A DNA stretch of 63,500 nt, the filler included, from Craspedostauros australis (lineage: Eukaryota), in NCBI GenBank assembly GCA_030167865.1. It is 11 parts of 11 records of this genome, joined end to end, with 100 filler letters (N's around TTAATTAATTAA, not from the genome) between each part and the next. Parts side by side here need not be neighbours in the genome. Positions count along the whole stretch, not along the records: positions 19,764 to 48,977 come from JALAGF010001565.1; 10 more parts are not named here. One strand, given 5' to 3'. Made by a program: the position numbers and the translations under genes. Below the pieces are notes generated by a model. It made no database searches and was not told the origin of the DNA. It saw only the letters and a program-made list of their open reading frames with translations. Positions 24,101 through 35,542 of the stretch are shown here, in pieces (the first letter of the stretch is position 1; every line of letters starts with the position of its first letter).

Positions 24101-24513
24101 GCCAGGGTGAGCACGAAAGCCGCATGCAGTCTCTGTATCGAGTCTGCATCCTCCGCGTCGCTTCGTCTGTCAAGGATCATCCCAACAAACGCGTGCGTCG
24201 CGAGTTCGGGAAGCACATTTCGGACCTTTGGAAGGAATGCGAGGCGGAGATTGATGCCGAGCTTTCGCCGCAAGAACAGGAAGACGAGATAGAACAATCG
24301 AAGGGTGAATCCACTGTGCAGGATTCCCTTGCCAAAATCACGAAGGCAGGCAGCACATCCACGCAATCATCGACGGACCTCCAAGAGTACGATGACGGCG
24401 ACATCAGCAGCGAAAGCAGCGTCGGGGATTCAACGTCATCAACAGGGCACGATCTGGTCCAAAGCACCATGCTGGGGGTGAACGCAACGATGTGGGGAAG
24501 CGAGAGGAAATAG
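21142..24513 (+). CDS. Large disordered protein with IQ-like motif and C-terminal coiled coil
   Basis: 1123-aa uninterrupted ORF. Ser/Pro-rich N-terminus, acidic EEII repeats, Lys-rich patch, AATTIQATMRR (IQ-like), then a heptad-rich region. Confidence 0.85.
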   Translation: MASKTNSRLPPSGTRSKAHAPATPQTPSRRRVSGSLSNRFAMFEKMGNSPTPTQPSTAMSAPVGGPNTRSKFGPGPKTPVPSSVSSKSEFVSPLYGTKSPSFRKLQNQHQPQQQQQQQLKQRHSMSRSIAAIPTPPVSAKSSRPSLGAHFLKSSQTKRASLSRSGSRSGNSFHGDGDNDADGDASTVFTTQTRQESRQKLAQSLQAMERMAAALQDRKKEAVDMFDNNNNSSHASASSLMLDSNDGNQVVLIGQPDIAATSPSHNFASSGTRRSITMNNSMNSSGHAPKQPPPSRRPSSVTPTRQRSTMHKRNSSITLPGPPLSLNDETTLTKVQTLMAKMQASQSKIQMGGESSSQLSMRKYSAHDDAKVDDQSDDTSTRSPRPPTNAADATRSNRSLTDLLQLSSHSVQSFATPSNGNNKKISLDTHFMKQNINRLDLANSNDDDDDSCNVTVITREDIKTEMSRVQDEMEELQRMIERAQSQQDSVRDFAEFLAMRDSLEDENDNNNNVSTLSFDGFNVANTANAAALATADQQEYIEEIIEDDDDDDAYTEEIVEDDDRHDTITEEDEQSNLQRDGVAKAASPVQSPKVPVPVPSTVKVTNAEPVVKQNHKNQQQQKDTHKAGSMGATKRNSEKKSAPPSPSKASSKPRPNYKITRKSQNKNSNFLSDSSSYLDQLQERYYKPLPATFARNAPDYSHLKPVPGSYIYPRDIYFERCEQTGLPMTEEDGTPTPASAEARAAAKLHRERTRSMTSFFATMPHSDDKFKLSKKKGSLHKSKSRSSGKKKKKSKGKTKNGVHEYSFGKVNDRHVWAATTIQATMRRVLVAAWRQRHHKIHSYILRTYKEFRKSQRQKESIMTQTRLEQAQIKQDILKEHNKKMKKYLRAQRDINKAKNAAETTIQKLKDDNKKLRAKRTKLREKIGIITAENESCERANTKIQGHIKELKSFMIKLEEDHVKLTKSIERWKSEILPQHKEQLQEEIRQGEHESRMQSLYRVCILRVASSVKDHPNKRVRREFGKHISDLWKECEAEIDAELSPQEQEDEIEQSKGESTVQDSLAKITKAGSTSTQSSTDLQEYDDGDISSESSVGDSTSSTGHDLVQSTMLGVNATMWGSERK

Positions 24514-24772
24514 CAAGTGTATTGAAAGTAGCACTGTACCATACAAGTACGGAATGTGGCGCATGATGTCTTTGGTTTATTATTCCGCAGAAAGAGCATC
24601 GTCCATAGTCGGGTAGTGCACAATGCCAGGTCAGAACCGAATGCATAATGACGGCAATGCTGTGGAGCACGATCCTACCCGAAGGCAGTTGTTCCGCCTG
24701 CAAACAACGATCGCGGCATTTTCGTAGTTGGCAGCTGATGACGATGGCATCCCTCGTGTGGAGTACAGCTGC

Positions 24773-26962
24773 TCAAGCTGGTGTCAACTTGATCGCGGCC
24801 AACTGATTGGTGCCTTGCCCCTTCATCCGCGCATGTGTTGTGTGGATCGGCCCGGTCGACATGCCTATCCTCGATGTGCCCAGCACTTGATAATCCGATG
24901 CCGGTTTGGTGGCGTTCTGCTCAAAGTACTCGACCAAGGTGCGCTTCCCGCGGATTATGGTATCCCTCAACAGTCCTTGCTGAGTCCTGTCCACGCCATA
25001 CCGTGTACCATGCTTGGTGACATGATGTGTCACTGTCCAGTCAGGCAGTTTCGTCGTGCGCCTGCTACCATATACATACGTGATCCAGTCATCGATCCAC
25101 CAATTGTCAAATTCGATCGGATAGTAATAACCGAAGATATCCAGATGGCTTCGATGGACCATATCGTGCGTCAGAATAGTCACCTTCCCTTCCTTGCAGG
25201 TGGGACCGACCACACCGATGTTCGGGGGACTGTAGCTCATGAGTCTATCGACACCCTTCGTAGCCCAGTTCTGAGTTGTGAATTCGGAATCATCGTTGAT
25301 GCGCACGATGTAGTCGGCGCCATGCTCGTATGCGGCTCTGCACATTTCGTTCAGTGGGATGCGATGTGTTTTGGTTTTGGTGATGCTGATGAAGTTGAGT
25401 GTGAACGGCGTCGAATCATCGATCTGCCGACGATGCTGATCGTCTTCCCAGAAAGTATCGCCCACATCGAATGCGATGAGGAGCTCGAAGTTAAACTTCT
25501 CGCGATCCGCTTGAGTGACAGTTTTCTCCAAGGATGGGAGGAGGAGCTTGTGCAATGTGGTTTCGTTGACACTCTGCCAGTTTGACAAGGATCTGGTGCA
25601 GGTAGCGATTATCATCAGCGGCTTGCCCGGTGACCAACCGTTCTCTTGCCGCAATCGTTCGTGCGTCTGTTGGATTGGACCCGATGATATACCTATCCTC
25701 GATGTGCCCAGTACGCTGTACTTGAAGGGATCATTCGCAGCACCAAGCTGTAAGTACGTCATCAGTTGATGTTTTCCACGCTTCAAAGTTTGTCCCAACA
25801 GCTGTTCTTGACGCTTGTCCACACCGTATCGCGTCCCGTGCTTCCTGATGTGATGTGTCACTTTCCAGTCAGCCAGTTTCGTCGTGCGATTGTTACCATA
25901 CACATACGTGATCCAGTCATCGATCCACCAATTGTCAAATTCGATCGGATAGTAATAACCGAAGATATCCAGATGGCTTCGATGGACCATATCGTGCGTC
26001 AGGATAGTCACCTTCCCTTCCTTGCAGGTGGGACCGACCACACCGATGTTCGGGGGATTGTAGCTCATGAGTCTATTGACACCCTTCGTAGCCCAGTTCT
26101 GAGTTGTGAATTCAGAGTCATCGTTGATGCGCACGATGTAGTCGGCGCCATACTCGTACGCGGCTCTGCACATTTCGTTCAGTGGGATGCGATGTTCTTT
26201 TGTTTTGGTGATGCTGATGAAGTTGAGTGTGAACGGCGTCGAATCATCGATCTGCTGACGATGCCGATCGTCTTCCCAGAAAGTATCGCCCACATCGAAT
26301 GCGATGAGGAGCTCGAAGTTAAACTTCTCGCGATCCGCTTGAGTGACAGTTTTCTCCAAGGATGGGAGGAGGAGCTTGTGCAATGTGGTTTCGTTGACAC
26401 TCTGCCAGTTTGGCAAGGATCTGGTGCACGACGTGATCATTACCAGCGGTTTGCCACTGGTGGATGTATTCGCACGAAGAGCCACCTTGATTGTGCGTTC
26501 CACCTTTGGTGGTGCCTCTATTTGATGAGCAGCAGGGTTTGAATGCTCGGCAGCATTCCTATTCGCATTCCCAATTGCCACAGCGCTCTGCGTGTTATCG
26601 TCTCCGCTTTGCTGCTGGTTCTGCTGTTCCTGCTCCTGCTGTTCCTCGGAGCCTGTGCCCTCCGAAGGGATGATCCAATCATGCGTGTGATCCAAATCGC
26701 TCAAGATGGAGACGATGGACATCGCATCCAAGACGGACTGCGATTGCTGGCTGGTGGACCAGATGGAGATCATGGACAAAACCCAAACCATCATGGCCAT
26801 GTACAGCGCATGGTTATTCTTGGGTGATCGGCGATTTCCTCGCCGGGACTTCTGATCCTTTTGCTTCCGCCTGGTGGAGGCAGTCTGCGATGTCTTCTTC
26901 CCTTTGGTCTTCGGGACGGCAGATGCCGAACCATACTTCGGACTGTTGCTCTCGCCACCCAT
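24773..26962 (-). CDS. Type II membrane protein with two tandem GT-A-like glycosyltransferase domains
   Basis: Basic N-tail plus TM helix (LYMAMMVWVLSMISIWS), then two ~276-aa repeats (offset 828 bp) containing ADYIVRINDDSEF, NIGVVGP and THDMVHRSHLDIFGYYYPIEFDNWWIDDWIT. Confidence 0.8.
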   Translation of the reverse strand: MGGESNSPKYGSASAVPKTKGKKTSQTASTRRKQKDQKSRRGNRRSPKNNHALYMAMMVWVLSMISIWSTSQQSQSVLDAMSIVSILSDLDHTHDWIIPSEGTGSEEQQEQEQQNQQQSGDDNTQSAVAIGNANRNAAEHSNPAAHQIEAPPKVERTIKVALRANTSTSGKPLVMITSCTRSLPNWQSVNETTLHKLLLPSLEKTVTQADREKFNFELLIAFDVGDTFWEDDRHRQQIDDSTPFTLNFISITKTKEHRIPLNEMCRAAYEYGADYIVRINDDSEFTTQNWATKGVNRLMSYNPPNIGVVGPTCKEGKVTILTHDMVHRSHLDIFGYYYPIEFDNWWIDDWITYVYGNNRTTKLADWKVTHHIRKHGTRYGVDKRQEQLLGQTLKRGKHQLMTYLQLGAANDPFKYSVLGTSRIGISSGPIQQTHERLRQENGWSPGKPLMIIATCTRSLSNWQSVNETTLHKLLLPSLEKTVTQADREKFNFELLIAFDVGDTFWEDDQHRRQIDDSTPFTLNFISITKTKTHRIPLNEMCRAAYEHGADYIVRINDDSEFTTQNWATKGVDRLMSYSPPNIGVVGPTCKEGKVTILTHDMVHRSHLDIFGYYYPIEFDNWWIDDWITYVYGSRRTTKLPDWTVTHHVTKHGTRYGVDRTQQGLLRDTIIRGKRTLVEYFEQNATKPASDYQVLGTSRIGMSTGPIHTTHARMKGQGTNQLAAIKLTPA

Positions 26963-27761
26963 CGTTTCAATCCTGCTCGGTCTGCTCTGACTCTTCTTGA
27001 TCCGTTTGCTTCTTTTGTTCCTCTTGCCCTAATCCACTCTCATCTATTCTTATGACGCTCTTCTATCCTCCGAGTTCGATCTTGGTCCTCGGTCCTCGAG
27101 AAGTCAAGTGAGCAAAAACGGCACAATGACAACAACACCAATCGTATCACGAGAGATGATCAGAGCGTCGCCAACAAAACAGACACAAGCGGCGTTTGTG
27201 TCTTTCTCAGTTTCCGCGCCAAACTGGACGACGAATCCGATTAAAATGACTACTATGACTATTTCATTCGTGTTTTGTCTGCATTCCCTGAGAGGCTATG
27301 TCCGCACAACAGGACACCTGGCGGGGTTGCTGAAATTTCCACCAAGGACATCGTACTGGTACAAGACCAAAGCATTGCACCATCGTCGCCCTGGGCCCTA
27401 TCTTTACTCGCACTGGCGTGTGTATCTCATCGTATAATATTATAGAATATTATGCTTTCTTTATTATCATCAAAATGTATGTTCTGCACTCGTGCTATCT
27501 CAGACTCCTCGTCGAGTAAAGTGGAGTTATGGGAATCGTGTCCATTTGGATCTCCTTGGCCGTTCCTTTCTGTCGCCTTCGCTCGCATGGTGCTGGTGAT
27601 CAGCAGCTCTGCTGCTGGCTGTTGATGGCAGTTCGCTTCAGTTGAAGCTGAGTGCTTTCTTCTCCCATCCTTCTTTCTCATTCGTGCCGTTGTTGCTACC
27701 CATGCTCGGTTTGCGCACGGGTTGGCATCCTCTCTCGTCGTTCTCCTTGCTTCATGCCTCA

Positions 27762-30516
27762 TCAAGCCACTTCCTTCTGGTCAGTGAACGATTTGCGTTC
27801 CAGTGCCTCCATGCGTTCGTCCGTACCTGCCAGCGCCGGACGCACGTATCCCTCTTGGCCTTCCGCATCCGTGAGGTGATCGAACACGTTCACCTGGATG
27901 AGGACGTCGCGGAGTGCGTCGGCCTGCGCGATGAGGTCCGTCTCCTCAGCGGTTGGCTGTCTCTTCTGGCGGCGCAGCGATGACGCGATGCGGTCGGCCT
28001 CGATGCATACTGGCAGAGCGCGGATGAGATCGGACACCTGATGCATCTCGCCTTCCTTCGCCATGTACACGCCGTCCGTGAACATATCGCGGAGCTCGGA
28101 TGGCGTTGTCAGGAGTCGCGAAACTTCCTTCGTGATTCCGTCGGATGGTGCTCTGTAGGGCCTGGACAGGCCGCCCATTGGAAAGCATCCCAGCTTCATC
28201 ACAGTGCTGGCCAACATTCCCAGCGGACCGGGGAAGTTGTCGGATGCCTCCTTCAGTGCATCTTGGGCTTCCTTCTCCAAGCGGAGCATCGCGTGCTCAG
28301 TCAACACTTCGAGTCCTTCGACTCCTCGGTGTCGGCTGTAATGATGCAGGGTGGCGTATCCCAAGAACACGGCCCCAAGGGCATCGGACAGGCGTCCCAT
28401 GAGCAACTCTTCGAACTTGAGACGTCCGCCGAGAGTGAAGCACAGGTCCGCCGTCAATGCGAAGTTGGCAGACAGACGCTTCAGCTGGTCTTCGTGGTAC
28501 TTCAAGAGCTTGTCGCCGTTCTTGTAGGCGCTACTGGAGCGCGTCGCGGTGCTGACGGAGGAACTCACACCACGTGTCAAGGAACGACCAAAATTGGAGA
28601 GCCCGTGCTGGACGACCTTGTAGAATTGCTGGCGGAAGATCTTCACACCCTCCTCTTCCTGCTCCTGCGGCAACTGCAGGGCAAGGATGAGGTCCAGCAT
28701 GTGCGGGTGGCAGCGGGTCAGGCCCTGGCCAATGATTTGGAACGATCTCGTCATGATGTTGGCACCTTCGACTGTGATGCCGATTGGCATGTTCATGTAA
28801 GAGTTTCCAAGGTAGTTGGTGTCACCACGGCAGATGGCAGACCCAGCTGCGATGTCCATTCCGCGTTCGACGATGCGCCGACCGCGCTCGGTACAGTTCT
28901 GCTTCATGATGGATGAAATCACCATCGGCGCCTCGTGATTGTCGATGATGGCATTCATGAGGTCGGTTCCTGCGACGTTGATGAGGGCGTCGCTGCCAAT
29001 GAGCGACATGGCCTCTTGGATGCCACCGAACTCGGCGATCGGGACGCGGAACTGTTTGCGGACGCGAGAGTATGCGCCGACAGCACCGACGACAGCACGA
29101 CCGGCGCCAGCTGCTCCGGCTGGGAGGCTGACTCCGCGGCCTTCGGCGAGGCACTCCACGAACATGTGCCATCCGAATCCGCATTGCTTCTGTCCTCCCA
29201 GGATGTTGGACATTGGGATCCACACGTCTTCACCTTCGACCGTGCCGTTCATGAAGGCAGCATTGAGTGGCATGTGACGGCGCCCCATCATCAAACCTGG
29301 GTGGTCGCGTCTGAAGAATCGCAGAGAGTAGTCGCAGAGTGTAGCGATTTGGACGTATCGTGGGAATCAATGGGGACATCGGGATGGATGTGGATACCGT
29401 AATTGGGATTCGATCGCGAAGTGAAAGAGAGTTGGAGGATGACGCCAATGAACACAACAATTAGTTAGAATAAGGAAAATGAGTAAGTGTAGGAGCAGGA
29501 GCACATGTGAGCCTCATGGCAAAAAGAGATAACAACGTACTGTGGCATGAACCAGTGCGCGGTTGCTCCCACAAGACCAGGCAAGCGAAAGAAGAAGAAA
29601 GCAAACTGCAAGCACAAAAGGCACACAGAACTTACTCCAAGAGGGCGACTGTGAAGCCGGCTTCTCCGTTGCCCTTCAGCAAGCCCTTTGGATCGGAAAG
29701 GTTCAATCCCAAGCCAACAACGCCAGCGACAGGGGCGAGCGTGATGTAGCGCTTCTTGAAGCTCGCGACAACGCCGATCTCGCCGTTGCGTTCTTCGACG
29801 ACGCAGTCGCTCTGGATGAGAGATGTTGCGTCGCTGCCGGAATGAGGCCCCGTCAATCCAAAGCATGGAATGAGGGTGCCGTCCGCCAAGCGCGGCATGA
29901 AATACTCCTTCTGCTCTTGCGTTCCGTAGCGAGCGAGCAGTTCGCCAGGTCCCAACGAATTGGGGACGGCGACTGTGGCGTTGGCATCGACGCAGTGCGT
30001 GCCGATCTTGGACAGAACGTGTGAGACAGCGTGGGTCGAGAATCCCTTGCCACCCCATTCCTTGGGGATCTTGAGAGAGAAGAAGCCCTTGTCGCGCATG
30101 AAATCCCATGCCTCCTTGGTGAAGTCTTTCTGCATGGAGACATCGTGGTCATTGATCAAGGCACAGAGCTCGTTGAGTTCGTTGTCGAGGAAGCTCTGTT
30201 CTTCGGCAGTGAGCTTAGGGTCGTACTTTTCGACGAGGGACTGGAGCGATGGATCGCCGGCAAAGATGTCACGGTCGAATCCGATGGATCCGCAGCCAAG
30301 GGCGATCTGCTCGGTCTTCGAGATTGTCGGCATGACACCCTTGGCCATGCGATAGAGGCGCTTGTCCAGCGCCTTGGAAATGCCGAGGATGGTGCGGCGT
30401 TGTTCCGGGTGGTGCAATTGCTGACGCAAAGCACCGGGACCGGCCCTGTTCATCAAGGCGGATCCCCGATGGGTGACAGCCGAACGGTTGTTCTTGAGGA
30501 TTTGTTGGACGATCAT
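27762..30516 (-). CDS. fadE: FadE-type acyl-CoA dehydrogenase, probably mitochondrial; exons 30516-29636 and 29310-27762
   Basis: Motifs VPNSLGPGELL, CFGLTGPHSGSDA, KRYITLAP, RKQFRVPIAEFGGIQE and PIGITVEGANIMTRS. Splicing intron 29635-29311 (GTAAG...CAG) gives LLERDHPGLMMGRRHMPLN. Arg-rich N-terminal presequence. Confidence 0.93.
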
Positions 30517-32686
30517 GGTGGTGGTGGTGGGTTTGGCGAACTGGTGTTGCGTACGAGTATTGCGATGGAGATCTTCTGTTTTGTTGACGCATTGACACAT
30601 TGATGTATCGACAGATTGATGGATTGGAATGTGTTGAGTTATTGATTGATTGAGAACGATTCCGATACCGTTTGCATCATTGTCATGGTTGTCGTCATCG
30701 TGGATGATGCCAATTGTCCAGAACCAAGGGTCAAAGGTAAATGGAAGAAAGAAAGGAAAAGCAGGGCCGCAAGAATGAATATATTGTTGACGGCATGCAT
30801 GTCGATGTACGAGTGGGGTTGATTCAGAAATGACGGCAGCCATCGCCGGATTGTTTTCATCACGGTTGAGATGAGATGCTGGAAAGAGGTGGAGGGAACG
30901 GGCGCTGTAGCTGACATCAAGAGGGCTGGCAACAAGCTCTCATTTCTCCTTGGTCAGTCTTCCCGCTCCTGCTTGGCCAGCAGGCAGCATTGATGGCGAC
31001 AATGACAGCGAAGATGACGACGATATTGATGCTGGATCCCATGCCGGTCCCATTGAGACGGATCGAACGCACCTTGTGATCGTAGAGTATAAAATGTTCG
31101 TAATCGACGAGGGTTGTGTTTGCGTTTGCTCGGTTGCTTGACTGTTTGACTGCTTGGGTCAGGTTGAGACGAGTCCGATTGTTGTGTGCTTGTTTTTCAG
31201 AATTGTGGTCAGATGGTGTGATGGCGTGACGGTATCATGGGTGAGAGGAGGAAACGGATACGAGAACCGTTGTGCGTTGTTGGATCTCTCGGAGTGACAC
31301 GCGATGCACGAATAGCTCGTACCACACGAGTGGGAGCGTCTTGGTTGGGGTGTCGTGTCGCGGCATGCTGCGGTGCGATGTGACCGTGATGGATGTGTGA
31401 CACGAGAACGAAAAGGGGAACAAGGAGAGAAATGGAGAAGAAGGAAAGAAGGAATGTCGAGCGAAGGAGTGTCAAGGGCCCGTGATGTGTCAAGTTGACA
31501 CCACTCATGACGCGCGCGAACATTTTCCGAGTCGTGGATAATCGAAGAGTGACGCTGTGTGTCACGAAGCGAGGAGAAAGTGCACGAGAGTGCCAATCGA
31601 TGATGGCGCGAATTGTGCAATCGATGACGAAGCGGTTGGTTGCGGAGTGAGGCGGTGAGCGAAGCCGAAATGAGAACAGCGATTCCCTTGATGGGATTGT
31701 GGCCTCGGAAGGTGATGTGCGCATGACATCCACCATGAAAGAGAAGAGAGCGTCATGTGATGACTGTTTCGGCTGAATGCCGAAGATCCCAATTAATAAC
31801 TGCACCGAGACAGCCCACGAGCACGAGTGCAAGTACGAGCGTTCGTATGGTGACGATGACGCTCTGCATCGAGGAGGAACGAGAAAGCGGAAAAAGAAAC
31901 AACGATGTGTGGTGATGGCTACGAGCTAGTAGATGCGAGAGAAGGGGACGAAGATCATGGACATGAGCAAGCGCTGTAAGTTTAAAGGGACCATGATGAT
32001 ACGGACGTGATGAATGCTGTTTTGCTGATAGCTCTATTATTGTGAACATGCATGATGGTTGTGGAGGAGTGAGCGAGCGCACTCTGTCGTTCCGGATAGA
32101 TGGTGTGTGTACCAGTGCGTCCATGCACAATACGCCTGTACTCGTGTAATGTATGCTTGTGCATGTGCTGCTGTACTTTGCGAAGAAATAGGATAGCTGA
32201 ACCAAGCCCGAGCTGCAGACCACCCTTTGCAGATGCATGCAATGTAGCAGAAGTGAGGATGGACAAGACCGCACGAAGGGTCTCTCCAGTATCGCAGCAT
32301 CTACTGGCAGGGACTGGTTTCGCGTCGCTCTTCTATATGGGCCTCACGTGACCGTCATGAAATGGGACGCGACGCGACGCGATGCGCAATGAGTGCCGGA
32401 TATGCGTACGAGCAGGGTACACTGTCGTTCGACGGCACCGCAATTTTTGCCGGCAACTGAAGAGATTCGAAACCGCAGCAGATGTTGTGGTTGGAGAGCT
32501 GTCTCGTGATATTCGGGCATTGATCGTGTTGGAATATGCTGCTTGCATATGCATGCCAAGTGATTGCTGGGTTGTTGAATGGAAATATGATATGAAGGAG
32601 TGGAAGGTGTGCAGATGTGAAGGTGTATCGCATATAGCAGTGCGTTTCGTTGCGTCTGTGTGGGGTGGACTTGTCGCTGAGATGGT

Positions 32687-33250
32687 TTATCCAGTCATGG
32701 AGCAGGCGATGATCTCGTGTCTGTCAAAGTTCATTTCGGAAAGATCCGTCGTGTAGGACGGCGGTTGGGCTGTGTTGCGTGAACGCAATTCGTATGTGAC
32801 GATGGCCGAAGGTGCGTCAGGGAACCGCAATGTCGACGACGGGGACGATGAACTCGAATATGATGGTGACGCCGTTGCTGACGCTGCTGATAGCGGGCTG
32901 AAGCTGTCTGCCAAACCTCGGCTTGATGTCATGAAATCGTCGCTGCTTTGTGGCAATGCTGAAGCGATAATGGGGGTGGCAGTTTGGTGATGCGTGGTAT
33001 CAGCATCACAGCGCTCCGGCACTTCTCTGACTCGCACGGCTTCCAGCTGTTGCCGGGTCAAACCGAATGCTTGATCCACGTTGGCATATTTATGCGGCAT
33101 GTAATGATAAATGACTCGATGCGCTGTGGCTTCGATCTGCATCGCCAGCATGCAGGATGCTACTGTAGATCCCAGCGTGATGGTTGCGCCCTTTGCAGTG
33201 GTGACGGCCGCCTTCTTCAAAAACGATGCGATGATTCTGGCGTTGGTCAT
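32687..33250 (-). CDS. Hypothetical protein (187 aa)
   Basis: ATG in a good context, with a plausible folded N-terminal region followed by a Ser-rich tail. No recognisable domain. Confidence 0.55.
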   Translation of the reverse strand: MTNARIIASFLKKAAVTTAKGATITLGSTVASCMLAMQIEATAHRVIYHYMPHKYANVDQAFGLTRQQLEAVRVREVPERCDADTTHHQTATPIIASALPQSSDDFMTSSRGLADSFSPLSAASATASPSYSSSSSPSSTLRFPDAPSAIVTYELRSRNTAQPPSYTTDLSEMNFDRHEIIACSMTG

Positions 33251-35542
33251 TGTGTTTTACGAGCGGTCGAGTGATTGTGTTTGCTTTGATTGTTTGGTTG
33301 CTGCTGGTGACGAGACAGTGAGAATAAGTGAGAAAACAAAAGACAACGAAGAGGCGTGTCAGAGGACGATGAAGAATAGATAGAACGAAAACAGCGAATG
33401 AACATCGGTCGATGCGAAGCTCCAGCTGGTGTCGCAGCGATCGCCAACAACAACGTGGTTCAATTCACTGCCCTTCATGGCATTGCGAATTGCGCTGCGA
33501 CCATCATGGATACGATCGTGCTGTGCTTTGGATTTCATGCCATCTTAGTCATGGTCATGACCATGATCGTGGGTGCGAGCACCATCGTTGGATGCGCCTT
33601 CGTTTATTGACAGCGGTCACCCCAGTCATTCGATCCCACACACCGCATCCATGCCCATGCGGAAGCTCATCCAAAACCATGCCTTCGGCTCATCAAGCGT
33701 TCGCATGTGCACGAAGTTTCTTTGCCATGGACTCGCGTCACTTCGCTCTCCCTGCTCCACGCTCCGCGACCGGCCGGTCACTCACTTCGTTTGCGGTTGC
33801 TCTTGGCGTTGTGTTGATAGCGTTGATTGTGCTGTTTGTGTTGATTGTGCCGATCGTTTGGGATTGTGGTGTCGCTCAGCTCTGCTTTGTGTAGAAAGTG
33901 CAAGATCTCTTCCACATGGAACACGACGCACCAATGTTTCCTGTCCTCGATCTTCGTGGAGGTGGACGCTTCGGCGCAGAGACAGCAAGAAATGTGCATC
34001 TTCCAACAGTTCGGTGCAGATCGTGTTGTTGTTGGTGTTGGTGCTGTTCGTCTTCATCGTCACCGTTCATGTTCAAATGTCAACTTGTTCTGTCGCATTT
34101 CCGTGAAATGGTATCTATTCGAATTGTCCTCAGCGTGTGATCCGAGGCATGTCCAATGACAAACCTTAGTAAATTCTGTTCGAAACGCTCAGAGTCTGTA
34201 TTCTCATTCGTGCACTGTTATCCAATCATGTCTGATCAAAGGGCGTCAATTCTCATTTGACACGTTGAGGCCCAACACAATCGACAGCTGTGCGGGCTGG
34301 TTGGAGTATGACAAAAGCAATCTTATCTCTTCTGACGTGCGAACACTTCAATCGGGACTCTCTAATCACGAATGAAGCAAGATGACATCAACTGCTGCGA
34401 TGAAATGCGAACTGGAAATGGAGAATTTGGCAGGTGGATCATTGCGTTTGGTCTTCGCAGAGTTGCGCCGCATGTTCCGTCGCGCAAACAGAACGCAAAG
34501 ACGAAGGCAGAAGCGGAAGTGGAGGCTGGAGCAGCGGAGCGACGAAGCCGCTCAGCGCAATGCGTTCGTGTATTGGCGGCCATTGCAGGATAGAGGCGAA
34601 GAGATCGGACGAGGCCACAGAAGAAAGAACGTGGAACGAAGATGTTCTTCGTCCCAATGGATGCACGTCCTCCTGTTCTGCCGGAGGATGGGCCTTCGTC
34701 GTGTGTGATTTGATTCGTGTCTCTCCGCGATGGATTGTCCAGGCTTGTGCTGTCCTCACATTTTGGCTTTCTCTTCTTTTTGTTTCTTCGTTTGTTCTTT
34801 GATGGGCTCTGGGTGGTGCGGCGCGGTTTGCTATACTTTGCTTTGCTTTGGCGCAGAGTGCTGGTCTTGCCCCTGCTCCTGCTCTTTCCTTGCTGCTGTC
34901 ACTATGGGTTGGAAGGAGCGGGTGCCGGAGCACCGAACTTTGCGTCGCCATGTGACGGTTGTCTCGTCATCACCGTGAGATGTCGCGCAATGGCATTGGT
35001 ATGGATGGAGTATGCTGTTACCCACTTGTGTTGATGAGAGAGACGGGTCTCGACCCTTGGCGTTTGGGGATGGGATTGGAGAGAGAGCAGGTCTGTGTCC
35101 ATCCAAAGAGGTGCACGTACCTGGGCATCAGCCGAGGCATTGGAGCGGTCTTGTCGACAACTTGTGTAATATAATACTCCGTAAGACACGTAACGTGAGT
35201 ATCAACTATGGTCACACTTAACATTAACTACAGTGGTGTTGCCAGTGGCTGCTGCTGTGCATTGGTTTGTTGTGCTCTGTGTCCGCTCCATTTCCTTTCA
35301 TTGTATATGGTATGTATTCGGTATACGATCTAGTAGATAGTAAGGATGAGCGCAGCATTGTTTTCGGGCGCGTATTTGTATTGAAATGGTGGGCCCGCAC
35401 GATCGTTCCCATTCCTCTCACGCCCACATGCTTGGCGCTGTTGCCGTTCGTTGTCGAGTGACAGCATTTCAATTCGAGCACAAGCTGACCGCGCTGGGAC
35501 TTCATGAAAGGATTCACACAACGTGGTCCAGCGTCTGCTTCA

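Noticed and set aside
30950..35500. Many overlapping 60-200 aa ORFs in the long intergenic stretch
   Set aside because: No domain motifs or coding-like composition apart from 32687-33250. Treated as UTR or intergenic.
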